Shown here: positions 23,284 to 34,390 of the stretch, piece by piece
How positions within the stretch are numbered: position 1 is the first letter of the stretch
Layout: every line of letters starts with the position of its first letter
Assembly: GCA_002269645.1 (NCBI GenBank)
Contig: NIVC01000421.1
Coordinates: 62,001 to 126,000, forward strand
DNA length: 64,000 nucleotides
Origin: Macrostomum lignano
Taxonomy: Eukaryota
Direction of reading: 5' to 3'
Notes under the pieces: generated by a model
Seen by the model: only the letters and a program-made list of their open reading frames with translations
Told to the model about the DNA's origin: nothing
The model's database searches: none
Position numbers and translations under genes: made by a program

Positions 23284-24378
23284 ATGCGCCTCGGCATTTC
23301 AGTCAAGAAGACTCCCTGGCGAGCAGCACTACGTGGCGTACAAAGTCAGCGCATGAGCTCAGTGTGTCCGATCACTTCGTTGGAGCAGTTCAACAGCTCG
23401 TTGCGCTCTCTGAACCGCGTCCTCGCCCAGTACAAGCAGCTGCTTCGTCAGGTTGGCACTGTAACCGACTGCGCCAGGGTCCGAGAGCAGCTCCAGTCGC
23501 TGTCCGTGCGCCTCCTTGCGAGCTTCACCGTCTCCAAGGACGTCATCCTACCGGCTATGCAGAGCCAGCAGGCTCTGGCGGGTCCCGGCAACAACAGCGC
23601 CGACGATGAAGAAAGCGAAGCGGCAGCCACGCGCAAGCAGTGGGAGGCCAGGTACACCACCTTCGTGCAAATCATCGAATCGACGCTGGACAATTTGCTT
23701 CGCACGGCTAGTTTAGTTAGGCGATTTCCACTGCACGCTGACAGTCTCAACCGGTTTGTGGCGACTGGAATCGCCGATTTCTACAACGTGGAGCGTCGGT
23801 CCATTCTCAGCTTGAGCAGCTCGTTGCGCTCCTCACGACGGAGCTCCATGAGCAGCGGCAGCCGCATCTCCGTATTGGGTAGCAACGGCGGCGGCGGCGC
23901 AAGCGGCAGCAGCGGCACTCCCGATGCTGACTTCCCGAGCACGGAGGCCGACGCTCATCACCTGATGTCCCTGTCTGCTGAGGCTCGCGCCACTCGAGAG
24001 CTCATCGAGCAGCTGCAGTCGGCCGTGCTCATCGCTCACTGGACGGTGCAGCACAAATTCGACTTTGAGTTCAGCTCGTTTAGCGGCGGTGGCGCCAGCA
24101 GCGGAAGCAGCAGTGGCGGTGGGGGCGTCTCGATAGCAGCAACGGCTGTTGCGGCGGCCGCTGCGGCTGCAGCGGTATCGACGTCGACGAACCCAGGCGG
24201 AGCTGATGCCGGCCGTCCTGGCAGAGCTGTCGAAGCCTGGGCTGACCCAGACGGCGCTGACAACGCTGAGGAAGTACAAAGCGGCTCGTCCAAAGGCGAC
24301 CGACGGACCTCGACAGATGCGGTCTCGCACAGTGGCCGTGGTGGCGGGCTCGCCAGCCTGTGCCTGATTTGCAAGTGA
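23284..24378 (+). CDS. RGS7BP: RGS7/RGS9-binding protein-like (R7BP/R9AP family) membrane anchor
   Basis: SLRSLNRVLAQYKQLLRQVGTVTDCARVREQL, LLRTASLVRRFPLH...FVATG and AVLIAHWTVQ resemble the R9AP/R7BP SNARE-like helices. C-terminal dicysteine CLICK resembles the R7BP palmitoylation site. The start could be the later Met (MSSVCP). Confidence 0.72.
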   Translation: MRLGISVKKTPWRAALRGVQSQRMSSVCPITSLEQFNSSLRSLNRVLAQYKQLLRQVGTVTDCARVREQLQSLSVRLLASFTVSKDVILPAMQSQQALAGPGNNSADDEESEAAATRKQWEARYTTFVQIIESTLDNLLRTASLVRRFPLHADSLNRFVATGIADFYNVERRSILSLSSSLRSSRRSSMSSGSRISVLGSNGGGGASGSSGTPDADFPSTEADAHHLMSLSAEARATRELIEQLQSAVLIAHWTVQHKFDFEFSSFSGGGASSGSSSGGGGVSIAATAVAAAAAAAAVSTSTNPGGADAGRPGRAVEAWADPDGADNAEEVQSGSSKGDRRTSTDAVSHSGRGGGLASLCLICK

Positions 24379-24512
24379 CCGCCAAGCTTTACAGACGTTT
24401 TTTGATTGATTAGCAAATTGAGAAATTTCAGCGTGCTTATGAGTGCTTTGCAGAGGGTGAACAAGTTTTTCAAGAGTTAAAGAGCCGATGAGTTCGTTTT
24501 TTGGGTTAGTTA

Positions 24513-24758
24513 ATGAGTTGATGAGTTGATGAGTTGATGAGTTGATGAGTTGATGAGTTGATGAGTTGATGAGTTGATGAGTTGATGAGTTGATGAGTTG
24601 ATGAGTTGATGAGTTGATGAGTTGATGAGTTGATGAGTTGATGAGTTGATGAGTTGATGAGTTGATGAGTTGATGAGTTGATGAGTTGATGAGTTGATGA
24701 GTTGATGAGTTGATGAGTTGATGAGTTGATGAGTTGATGAGTTGATGAGTTGATGAGT
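24513..24758. repeat. 8-bp tandem repeat (GATGAGTT)n, ~30 copies
   Basis: Perfect visible array. Confidence 0.97.
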
Positions 24759-26446
24759 TAGTTCGTTCTGACTTTACCAATTAGCTAATTAGTAAGTGTA
24801 GGAGTCTCGAATGGGTGAGTTTGTGTCTACTTTTTTTCTCTTCGTGTTTGAACAAAAACTTGCTTTCTTCTGCACGGTTCTGCACGCTTGCTTGCCAGGA
24901 TTTTTCATGGATCAAATGCACTTTCTGTTGTTTGTCATATGCGCTATGCAGATTACGTATCGACCTATGAGTCCGGCTTTCTCAGAACTTTGTTTTAACA
25001 TTGCCTGTAAGTGATAAATCAATGACAAGCTAATGCAAGCAGCAACGCTAGACTTAGACAATATGGGTATATTGCACCTGAAACCTGATGCTTCAATTGA
25101 CATTACTACTGCACAAAGGAAATTTGTCTCAATCAAACGGATCCTTCCACATTTTCTTTATCGATGAACATCGACCACAAAAGCTCGTTGCTCATTTCAA
25201 ATTCAGAGGCTTTTGTCTATTATACAGGGCGTTCACCCCTAGCCGCTAAATTGAGAATAAAAAGTACACATACAGCTGCTTTGCTGGAGAGGATATGCTT
25301 TTTCACTGTCGTTGCGTGACCAGCATGCTCTCTAACCATTGCGAGGTTACGTTTCAGTAACAGAGGCGACTTTGAAGTGATGCCTGTTTTACTCGCAAAC
25401 ATATGTTCTTCCTTGTCACTTATTATTTTACGAGCGTATTTTATTTCTTATATATAGCATTATAAAGACAAGGGAATAGAAGGCCACGGACAACTTCAAA
25501 GGTCTGTATGAAATAATCTAAGAAGCGCATGAACTCAACCATGAACTAATAAACCCGTCCATCAAAATTACAAAATCATCCGTAAACTCACGAACACATT
25601 CATAAAGTCCCAAACTTATTTATAAACTCACAAACTAATAGATAAAACTCCTGACTCCACAGATAAACTCACTAGTAAGGATATCAATTTACTAAAAAAA
25701 TCACTCTTTAATTTGTTTGCAAGCTTTTTATGCCAACGGACATAAAAACCGAAAAATTGGGGTCGGCCCTCACGGGTGTGAATCGCACGACCTCAAAGAT
25801 CAGGTCTTACTTTTTTCACTTTATTGAAGCAACTTTTGTTGGCAGACAAGAACAGGGTATCAACTGCATTCCGGATGAGAAAATATGTGGAAATCTTTAG
25901 TAAAACTTTTTCCCAACAAATGTTCAATGGTTATTGCTGTAAAGAATTTATTCTCAAGCAATTGTGACTTTCTGGCGTGGGTGGTTGCTGAGAGCAGAGG
26001 CAGAGGCAGCAGCAATCGAAAGCGTGAGCACTCAAAGAGAAGCAGTCAACACTGCAGCTGTTCCTACAGAAAAGCCAAAGCTTTATTTCTGCTTATATTA
26101 ATGTGAGTTGCTGTGTCTACGTTATGCTATTTCTGTTCGCTTGCGTTCGACTCCAATAGCCACTCGCGACTGTGCAGTGCTTATCGATTTTGACAGCGCT
26201 GGCAGAATGAAAATACTGTTTCTGCGCGCAAGTCGCCTCCCCTGCGCTGAGCTCCAGTCATAAGAGCTGTGGCTTGAGTAGAAGAACTCAATAATGCAGG
26301 AAGAGTCAGATAATAGCGGGCCATAAGCTGGGCGGACTCATTCCGACAACCGCGCGCACCGCAACTGGGAATCGCGCCACCAAATTGGGTAAAAAGGATT
26401 CGCTGAACTTTCTAGCGGAAGCTTCAGAGCGCGAATTGGAGAGGCC

Positions 26447-28584
26447 ATGGAAAACCAGGCCGCAGAGCAGAACCCGCCAGTGACTTCAGCCACCGCCTGC
26501 AAGGAGAGCACATCACTAATAACGAATGAAGACATCGACAAGTGCTGTCCAAGAGGTCGGTGCCGATGCTGCGACTGGTTCCGCGGCCTGTTCCCGCTCT
26601 CGGCCAAAACTCGAGTTGGCATCATCGGTGGCAGCTGGGGCCTGCTCACCGGCATTGAGAGGGTGATCATCCTGCCGACTCTCTGGTTGTATCTCAACAA
26701 ATTCCACTCGTCGGCCGGAGCGCAGTTCTACGGAGCCACGCTGGCCGGATTCAACCTGCTCCCGCTGCTGTGCAACCCGCTGTTCGGTTGGCTCTCCCAG
26801 CGACGCTTTGCTCGAGTTCGCCTGCTGATAGTCGTGGCCAATCTGTTAGAGATTTGCGGCAACTTCATCTACTTCACTGCGCCGGCGCCTTGGCTTGTCT
26901 TCTTCGGCCGATTCGTCGCCGGCGCCGGGTCCGCGGCCGAGCCGCCGCTGTACGCCGATGTCGTTCGCGTCACCAGCAAGAAAGAGCGAACGAGCTTCAT
27001 GGTGCACCTGCTGCTGGTGAAGCAGTTCGGTATTATTGCAGGTGATTTATAATTTGCTACGTTTAATGGTATATGGGACCAGTAGGGCTTTTGACAGACA
27101 AACTGAAAATCCTCCATACGCTGCCTGCGAGGGGCCTTGGCTGCATCTTGACTTAGGGGTCGTAATATAAAGCTGTCGTAGCGTAAGTTTGAACGTACGT
27201 CGGAACTTTTACACTGCGGAGATAGGAGATAAGAACAATATTATCTTACGATGGCTTTATAGAACGGGCCTTTAGTCTATGCGCCATGGAGTGCAAAAGC
27301 CAAGCAAAGTGATCGTTTCTCTCTTTCCCAGCTTTCTCCAGCCTCGAGGAGCTCAACCCTCTTGGACGACTGCATGCTTCTTCAACACTATAGCGGCAAG
27401 TAGCAAATAATTAAAGTACACGGGGACATATAAAGCGCTCGACAGTCCTTCTCTTCGCCTCGCGCCTTAATCGGTTTCTGATGGTTAAATTCTATAATAC
27501 CCACCGAAATTTTGTTACAATATTAGCATTATTGCATTGTAAATTGATTTATGGAACTAATTTTGGGCGTCACTTTATAATCCAACCAGGCCCCGCGCTC
27601 ACGATGCTGATGCACCCGATTCACGCCGAGGTGAATCAGTTTGTCATCGATGTGTACAACTCGCCGGGGCTGTTCATGGCCTTCCTGTGGGCCATTCACA
27701 CCATCGCGGTCATTCTGGTATACCCGGACATCCCGCACGACTCCATTGAAGCATCGGCTGTTGAAAAATCTCCCGAAACTTCCGAGGAGTCGTCGGAGCA
27801 GTCGGACAAGACGCCGACAACTGAATCGACAACAACAATCTGCGACGATCTGGGCCATTCGGTGCGAAAGTACACCGATCCTGAGAAGTTGCGCATGTAC
27901 TTTCGCATTGACATATTCTCGATGATTTTCATCGCCTTTGCCGGCTACTTTTGCCTGCTAGCCTTCGAGTCCGTGCTGTCGCCCTTGCTGAGCCACCTGT
28001 TCCACTGGGACGAGTTCAACATTAGCCTGGTGTACCTTGGCTGCGGAATTGAGATCGTGCTGATCTACGTCGCGTTCCGACTCTTCCTGGCCCGTCAGCA
28101 GGAGCGATACCTGCTGCTGCTAGCCATCTGCCTGTTGCTGGGCGCATATTTCTTCAACTTTGCTCTGCTTGTGTACGTGGACACTAGGAAGCCGGCTGTC
28201 TACATCACGCTGATCATCATTAGCACCAGCATCCAGGTGCTCGGCCTGACGGCTACCTCGGCCCTGCCGGAGAGCATGTACACTAAAGCAGTCCCTGACA
28301 GCGAGACCGACATGGCTCAGGGCGTGTTTCGCACTGTTATGTGCGTGGCCCTGCTCGGCGGCCCACTGCTTGGCGGTGGACTCCACGTCCTGCCGTGGCT
28401 GGTGTTCATCCTGCTGGCCGGCATAATGGCGGTCTGCCTCGCCCTGTTGGTGAAGGCCTATCCGCTGCTGAACTATCAGTGCGAAGCGCAGAACTGGGAC
28501 GACTTGGAACGGGAAGAGGCCGAGGCTGAGGCAGCGACCGCTGCGGATGCCACAAAGTCAGCTGCAGATCAAAACGGACAATAG
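26447..28584 (+). CDS. Major facilitator superfamily transporter, MFSD8/CLN7-like, ~529 aa; exons 26447-27041, 27590-28584
   Basis: About 12 hydrophobic segments. Motifs IILPTLWLYL, PLFGWLSQRR, GNFIYF, GRFVAGAG and GI-IAGPA across a phase-1 G|gtgatt ... ccag|GC intron, plus FESVLSPL and QGVFRTVMCVALLGGPLLGG. Confidence 0.85.
27153..27272. mobile_element. Small Harbinger/Tourist-like MITE remnant in the MFS intron
   Basis: Imperfect inverted ends aggggtcgtaatataaagctgtcgtag / cttacgatggctttatagaacgggcct, with TTA near both flanks. Confidence 0.35.
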
Positions 28585-28914
28585 CATTCCCGAGGATTTG
28601 TTTGCAACAATACTATTGCTTACAGAGTATCATAATATTTGCACTCATATTATCTTAATTTAATCACATCGTGATCGGATTTTTGATCGAGTTGCTTTAC
28701 TCTTTTCCTAATTTGTCCTGCCATTAGCGGCGGCCTTGAAAGATGAAAATCCGGAGTCACAAGCAGTCGCAAATATCCAGTGCAAAAAATTTGCAAGCAT
28801 AACTTTTTCGATATGAAATACATACTCATAGTGGATGCGCTTTTCTGAGCTCTTAGATGCAAAATTTCACTTTTTTTGAATTAAAAAATGCTGCTAAGGT
28901 GTATGATAAAGGAC

Positions 28915-29370
28915 AGTTGTGAATCAGTTTATCAAGGTTGTGAATCAGGTTATCACAGTTATGAATCAGGTTATCACAGTTGTGAATCAGTTTATCAAGG
29001 TTGTGAATCAGGTTATCACAGTTATGAATCAGGTTATCACAGTTGTGAATCAGGTTATGGCGGTTGTGAATCAGTTTATCAATGTTGTGAATCAGGTTAT
29101 CACAGTTGTGAATCAGGTTATCACAGTTGTGAATCAGGCTAGGTTATCACAGTTGTGAATCAGGTTATCACAGTTGTGAATCAGGTTATCACAGTTGTGA
29201 ATCAGGTTATCACAGTTGTGAATCAGGTTATCACAGTTGTGAATCAGGTTATCACAGTTGTGAATCAGGTTATCACAGTTGTGAATCAGGCTAGGTTATC
29301 ACAGTTGTGAATCAAGTTAACATAGTTGTGAATCAATTATCACAGTTGTGAATCAGGTTATCACGGGGTT
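28915..29370. repeat. 21-bp minisatellite (gttgtgaatcaggttatcaca)n, ~21 copies
   Basis: Visible tandem array with minor variants. Confidence 0.95.
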
Positions 29371-29718
29371 GTGAATCCAGAGAAACTCAGCTTTTCAAAC
29401 TAAATGTGATTCTACATGGAACTTCAAAATAAACCGACTAAAAATAGCTTGCAAGACAAAAACTGATTTGTGTGAACTTTTGAGATGCTTTTACGCGTCG
29501 CGTTAAAGCCATCTTTAAACCAGAAAAACTCTCATATCTTTGATTTTTTCTAGCTTCTCAAAATCCGTCGGCTTCATCATTGCTCGACAGTTGAAGCAAG
29601 CAAGCAAGGAAGGTAATTTCGAAAAGAGAGCTTTGGCGCTTTGTAATTAACTCGAGGCTAATTCCAAGAACAGATGAATGAAGACTTTTATAATGAGAGG
29701 GTCGCACAGTCGCACAGA

Positions 29719-30270
29719 CGGAGCGGTTACGAAAATTAGATTTCTCGGTAGTTGCTCGTACTCTTTTGCACTACTTGAGTAGTCTGATTTTCGTTCGGCA
29801 TGGCTGGTTCCAGCAGGTAGTTCCTCTGGATAAAAGCGCTTACCGCGCCCATTGGCTTTCCAGCTGCCTTAATCGTTTCCGGTGATCTTGTGTGCGTGCT
29901 TTCAGCTTGATTGGCTGCGGCAAGCAAGCTCGAAAGAGCTCGCTTCGCTCGCTCTTTCTCGCTATCTACTATCTATAGCCAGGACCTGCACCGGAGCGGT
30001 TACGAAAATTAGATTTCTCGGTAGTTGCTCGTACTCTTTTGCACTACTTGAGTAGTCTGATTTTCGTTCGGCATAGCTGGTTCCAGCAGGTAGTTCCTCT
30101 GGATAAAAGCGCTTACCGCGCCCATTGGCTTTCCAGCTGCCTTAATCGTTTCCGGTGATCTTGTGTGCGTGCTTTCAGCTTGATTGGCTGCGGCAAGCAA
30201 GCTCGAAAGACCTCGCTTCGCTCGCTCTTTCTCGCTATCTACTATCTATCTATCTATCTATCTATCTATC
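29719..30270. repeat. Tandem duplication with 273-bp period, ending in (CTAT)n
   Basis: cggagcggttacgaaaatt starts at both 29719 and 29992; the copies are near identical; the second runs into a (TATC)n microsatellite. Confidence 0.9.
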
Positions 30271-30271
30271 C

Positions 30272-30400
30272 ATCTTGGGTGAACTGAAGCAATAACTGAA
30301 GCAATGCAGATTGAAGTGTCTTGCTCAAGGACTCAAAATTTTCCGAGTAGATCGAGAATCAAACCCCCGACCTTCAGTTGTGAATCTGACGCTCTAACCT
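30272..30400 (-). mobile_element. 5' part of tRNA-derived CORE-like SINE, family B
   Basis: Reverse complement gives gtcgggggtttgattctcgatc...gtccttgagcaagacacttcaatctgcattgcttcagtt, matching the copy at 37381. Confidence 0.75.
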
Positions 30401-30554
30401 TGAGCAGTTCAGTGTCTATGGCCTCGGGGGTTTATGAATTGCATTACGAGTATAACACTTACTTACAGTGTACCCTTGTAGAAAGGAGTGCATGATCTCG
30501 ACTTGAAATCTGAACGTGTTAAAGACGTCAAAACATTTATATGTCAATCAAACT

Positions 30555-30778
30555 ATGACCAATTCAAGCCTAAGAATCCACCTGCTGGTCTCCGTAGCAG
30601 TTCTAGTAGCATTCCACATCTGCTCTATCGGCTCCCATTCAAATCCTGGCGACCCGCACAGAAAGCCAGAGCACCTCTACGCGCTGAGAAACTCGGATAA
30701 ATTTCTGGAATTCGGCGGCGGCATTTTGCTGCACAATTGCCCGGAAAGAAACCAGTCCTGCTATATCAGTTCGCAATG
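30555..30778 (+). CDS. Possible first exon of a small secreted protein
   Basis: MTNSSLRIHLLVSVAVLVAFHICSIGS is signal-peptide-like, followed by a Cys-containing segment ending at a T|gtaaga donor. Possible downstream exons at ~31670-31892 and ~32140-32345 are unverified. Confidence 0.3.
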
Positions 30779-30879
30779 TAAGAATGATTTGGTTATTTTT
30801 ATTATTCTAAAGAATTCACATTCATTGACCAGTGGGGGGGGCTTGTCGTACGATTCTCAGGACTCAGGCATGAGGTTAG

Positions 30880-31022
30880 AAAGTCAGGGCTGTTGTGTAC
30901 ACCCTGTGTGAGCGTGTGTGTGAGTGCTGTGCCTGCGTGCAGTATTTGACGCGCTTGTGTGTGCTCAGGAGTCTGCGGAGTGGGCAGAATCGGCTGTGCG
31001 CCAGGGTGCACACGACCCCTCA
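30880..31022 (+). mobile_element. Diverged 3' fragment of SINE family A
   Basis: aaagtcagggctgttgtgtacaccctgtgtgagcgtgtg...gcgcttgtgtgtgctcaggagtctgcggagtgggcag...gtgcgccagggtgcacacgaccc. Confidence 0.65.
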
Positions 31023-31159
31023 TGTGAAGATTTATATATCTACTAGCAATCTTCGCCCCCCAATGGGGGAATTCTGGATAGAATCTTTGTTCTTTACAAG
31101 TAACAAATAGACAACGACAAAACAAAAGACATTCCCTCTAAAAAGAAAACATCCTAAGA

Positions 31160-31440
31160 CAGCAAGCATCACCCAGACAGCATGCAAGCATCACCCAGAC
31201 AGCATGCAAGCATCTCCCAGACAGCATGCAAGCATTCCCCAGATAGCAAGCATCTCCCAGATAGCAAGCATCTCCCAGATAGCAAGCATTCCCCAGATAG
31301 CAAGCATCCGGCCCCAGACCGCAAGCATCTCCCAGATCGCAAGCATCCCCCAGACCGCAAGCATCCCCCAGACCACAAGCATCCCCCAGACTGCAAGCAT
31401 CACCCAGAGCGCAAGCATCCCCCAGACCGCAAACATCCCT
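31160..31440. repeat. ~18-bp minisatellite (cccagatagcaagcatct-like)
   Basis: Visible degenerate tandem array. Confidence 0.9.
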
Positions 31441-33237
31441 GTATACAAAGAATCCTTATAGATAAGCTATATATCTATTTTGTCTTGCTCTATTTATAGT
31501 GCAAAAGAAGTCGACTTGCCAAACAGATAAAACTGAAAGAAGTTGAGCAACCAAGGATGAAAGGAATATAATTGCCGATGGAGAACACATTAATTAAGCC
31601 ACAGGCTGGAGACTACATTCAAGATATGCATAGAAGTGTAATAATAGGCATCTATGCTTGCCTTTTTGCAGGCTGTTGGTCGGCTGTGCCCCCCCCCCAT
31701 GCAGAACTAACTAGCCAGCAAGCTAAACCTCAAGGACAACTAAAGCAACGTATATACAGGACGCGACATTCGCATTTCATGGAAAATGTTTTGAAGGCCA
31801 CTTTTCACCGAAAAATACACAACGGAAATAGAGAGTTTTTACTTTTCAGCACAAATATTGTTATTGCTTTCGATAGGATTTCGATAGGATAGGATTTGAT
31901 TGCTTTCGATTATGAATATCAATAGAGCAATAAGAAAGGCACAACAAATCAAAAGAAGAACACTGGATCTGCCTCCTATCGAAAGCAATAACAATATTTG
32001 TGCTGAAAATGAAAACTTCCTATCTCCGTACTGTGTTTTTTCCTACAAAAATTGGCCTTCAAAACATTGTTTCCATAGATTTCGAGTGTTGAATCCTTCT
32101 AGTTTACTTAGTAGTCCTTGCTGAACCTCTTGGGGCAATCTTTGCAGACTGCTACAACCCGGACTCTCCAGACTGGTTCTTCTTCAGTCGATTCAACCGG
32201 ACCAAAACTGCGCCCTGTGAGCTGTGGAATTTGGCCACCAGCACCCCTATCGAGCACAACTACTGTTTCTACTGGAAGTACTACAACCCGCCCATTGGCG
32301 AGCATAACGCTCCTTGGTGCATCGTCAACTATAACGGCATGCTAACTAAGAAATTCTGTCACGGTTTTGACGCATGCTAAGACTGTTGATGCGCGATAGC
32401 AGCTGTTTAGCTGGGTTTTTTATCCAACTCAAATGACTCACAACATCCTATTTCACATATGTCAGCGATTGCCAATTCCCCAGTGCCTGCCGTCTAATAT
32501 AAAGCAAACAGTTCCTATAAAATTCATCACTTCCATCCACTCCGCCAGATGGGAGACTTCCGATGGGATTAGTTGTGACTGGGAAAAAATGCAAAACCAA
32601 TATTAGATTCAATTGCATTTGTTTCATTGGCTATATTTAAAAAAATTACGACACTTAAAGGATCACTAGCTTTGATGGCTACCAGGGGATGGGTGTTTCA
32701 CAAAGCGAAGTTTGATCTTGAAAGTTCCAGCTTAGGCACGCATGAGCGCAGGTGTTTCACAAAACTAAAAATCGATAAATCGATCGAACCTAGTATAGTG
32801 AAGTGTTTCACGGTAAACTCGAAAGAAGGTAGTCTGTGACACCACGCATAGGGAGTTGTCCTTATAGTTGAATCGAATGGATATTTGATATAATAATTCA
32901 GCCCAATCACGGCAAAAAAGTACGATCGCGATCTTAACGGCTAATCATTGTCTATGGCCAATCCTTCTCCAAAATGCACCCCAACCCAGACAGCTAATTC
33001 CCAGTTGTCATTGAGAACGAACCAAGGAGATTATGACTGTGCTTGTCTGTGATGAAACCCAATTGATATTTTGTAACGCTATGGACAAGAGATTTTAAAA
33101 ATCAGTTTATACCGTAGAATCGAAAATGCAGTATATGAAAGTTCGATTTTAACGGTTTCTGAATGTTGCTGTGATTCTTTTTCAGTGAATTAGTACCGAT
33201 CAGGCGGAAAGTCCAAAATTCGCTGCAGCATCATCCA

Positions 33238-33870
33238 CAGCCACAGAACTGCACTCGGCCATAGACAATAAAGCCAATCAAAGCCACAGCCACAGAACTG
33301 CATTTGGCCATAGACAATAAAGCCAATCAAAGCCACTGCCACAGAACTGCACTCGGCCATAGACAATAAAGCCAATCAAAGCCACTGCCACAGAACTGCA
33401 TTTGGCCATAGACAATAAAGCCAATCAAAGCCACAGCCACAGAACTGCATTTGGCCATAGACAATAAAGCCAATCAAAGCCACTGCCACAGAACTGCATT
33501 TGGCCATAGACAATAAAGCCAATCAAAGCCACAGCCACAGAACTGCATTTGGCCATAGACAATAAAGCCAATCAAAGCCACTGCCACAGAACTGCATTTG
33601 GCCATAGACAATAAAGCCAATCAAAGCCACAGCCACAGAACTGCATTTGGCCATAGACAATAAAGCCAATCAAAGCCACAGCCACAGAACTGCATTTGGC
33701 CATAGACAATAAAGCCAATCAAAGCCACAGCCACAGAACTGCATTTGGCCATATACAATAAAGCCAATCAAAGCCACAGCCACAGAACTGCACTCGGCCA
33801 TAGAAAATAAAGCCAATCAAAGCCACACTGCCACAGAACTGCTCTCGGCCATAGAAAATAAAGCCAATAA
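33238..33870. repeat. 49-bp minisatellite, ~13 copies
   Basis: Unit gccacagaactgcatttggccatagacaataaagccaatcaaagccac(a/t); period 49 checked at 33241/33290/33339. Confidence 0.95.
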
Positions 33871-34390
33871 AGCTGAAAGCTGGGAATTTCAAGCTGCACC
33901 CTTCCACGCAGGTCCGTCTTAATTGCACATTGCTGATGAAAGAATGGTTAATGAGATAAACCAACTGTGCAGATGCAACACAATCCTTTTGAGCTGGCCA
34001 GTGAAACTCCTAAAATTCCATCCCGTATGATTCATCTTAGATCACCCATCCAGTTGCGACCGGATCTCGATCGTGTATAGATCCGCTCGACGTTTTAAAC
34101 AAAATAATTGCTCGAAATAGCGGAATAGATTGAAGCTAGCGGCAGAATATTTTCAAAGCATGGGAGAGAACTGAACCAGCATCCGGTTATTACTGCAGTA
34201 GGCTCTCTCACTCATCATGCAAGCCAATGGTGTAAGCCTGCAATTTATCGTTCGCTACCGCTATTTAAAACAGACGCCACTCCAAAATAGAGGGCGCAAT
34301 CCCCATGCGGGAGGCGAGAGAGCGACTGGTTGCACATTTCAGAGAGTTCGAACAGGCTACAGTCGAGCTATTCGAAAGTCTTCAGCAATA

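Noticed and set aside
25760-25815. tRNA-like sequence on the minus strand
   Set aside because: The T-loop/B box is degenerate and no full cloverleaf could be built; at best a decayed tRNA-derived remnant.
33238-33870. 49-bp array (and the 33-, 21- and 20-bp arrays) as CRISPR-like loci
   Set aside because: Units are head-to-tail with no unique spacers, there are no cas genes, and the context is eukaryotic.
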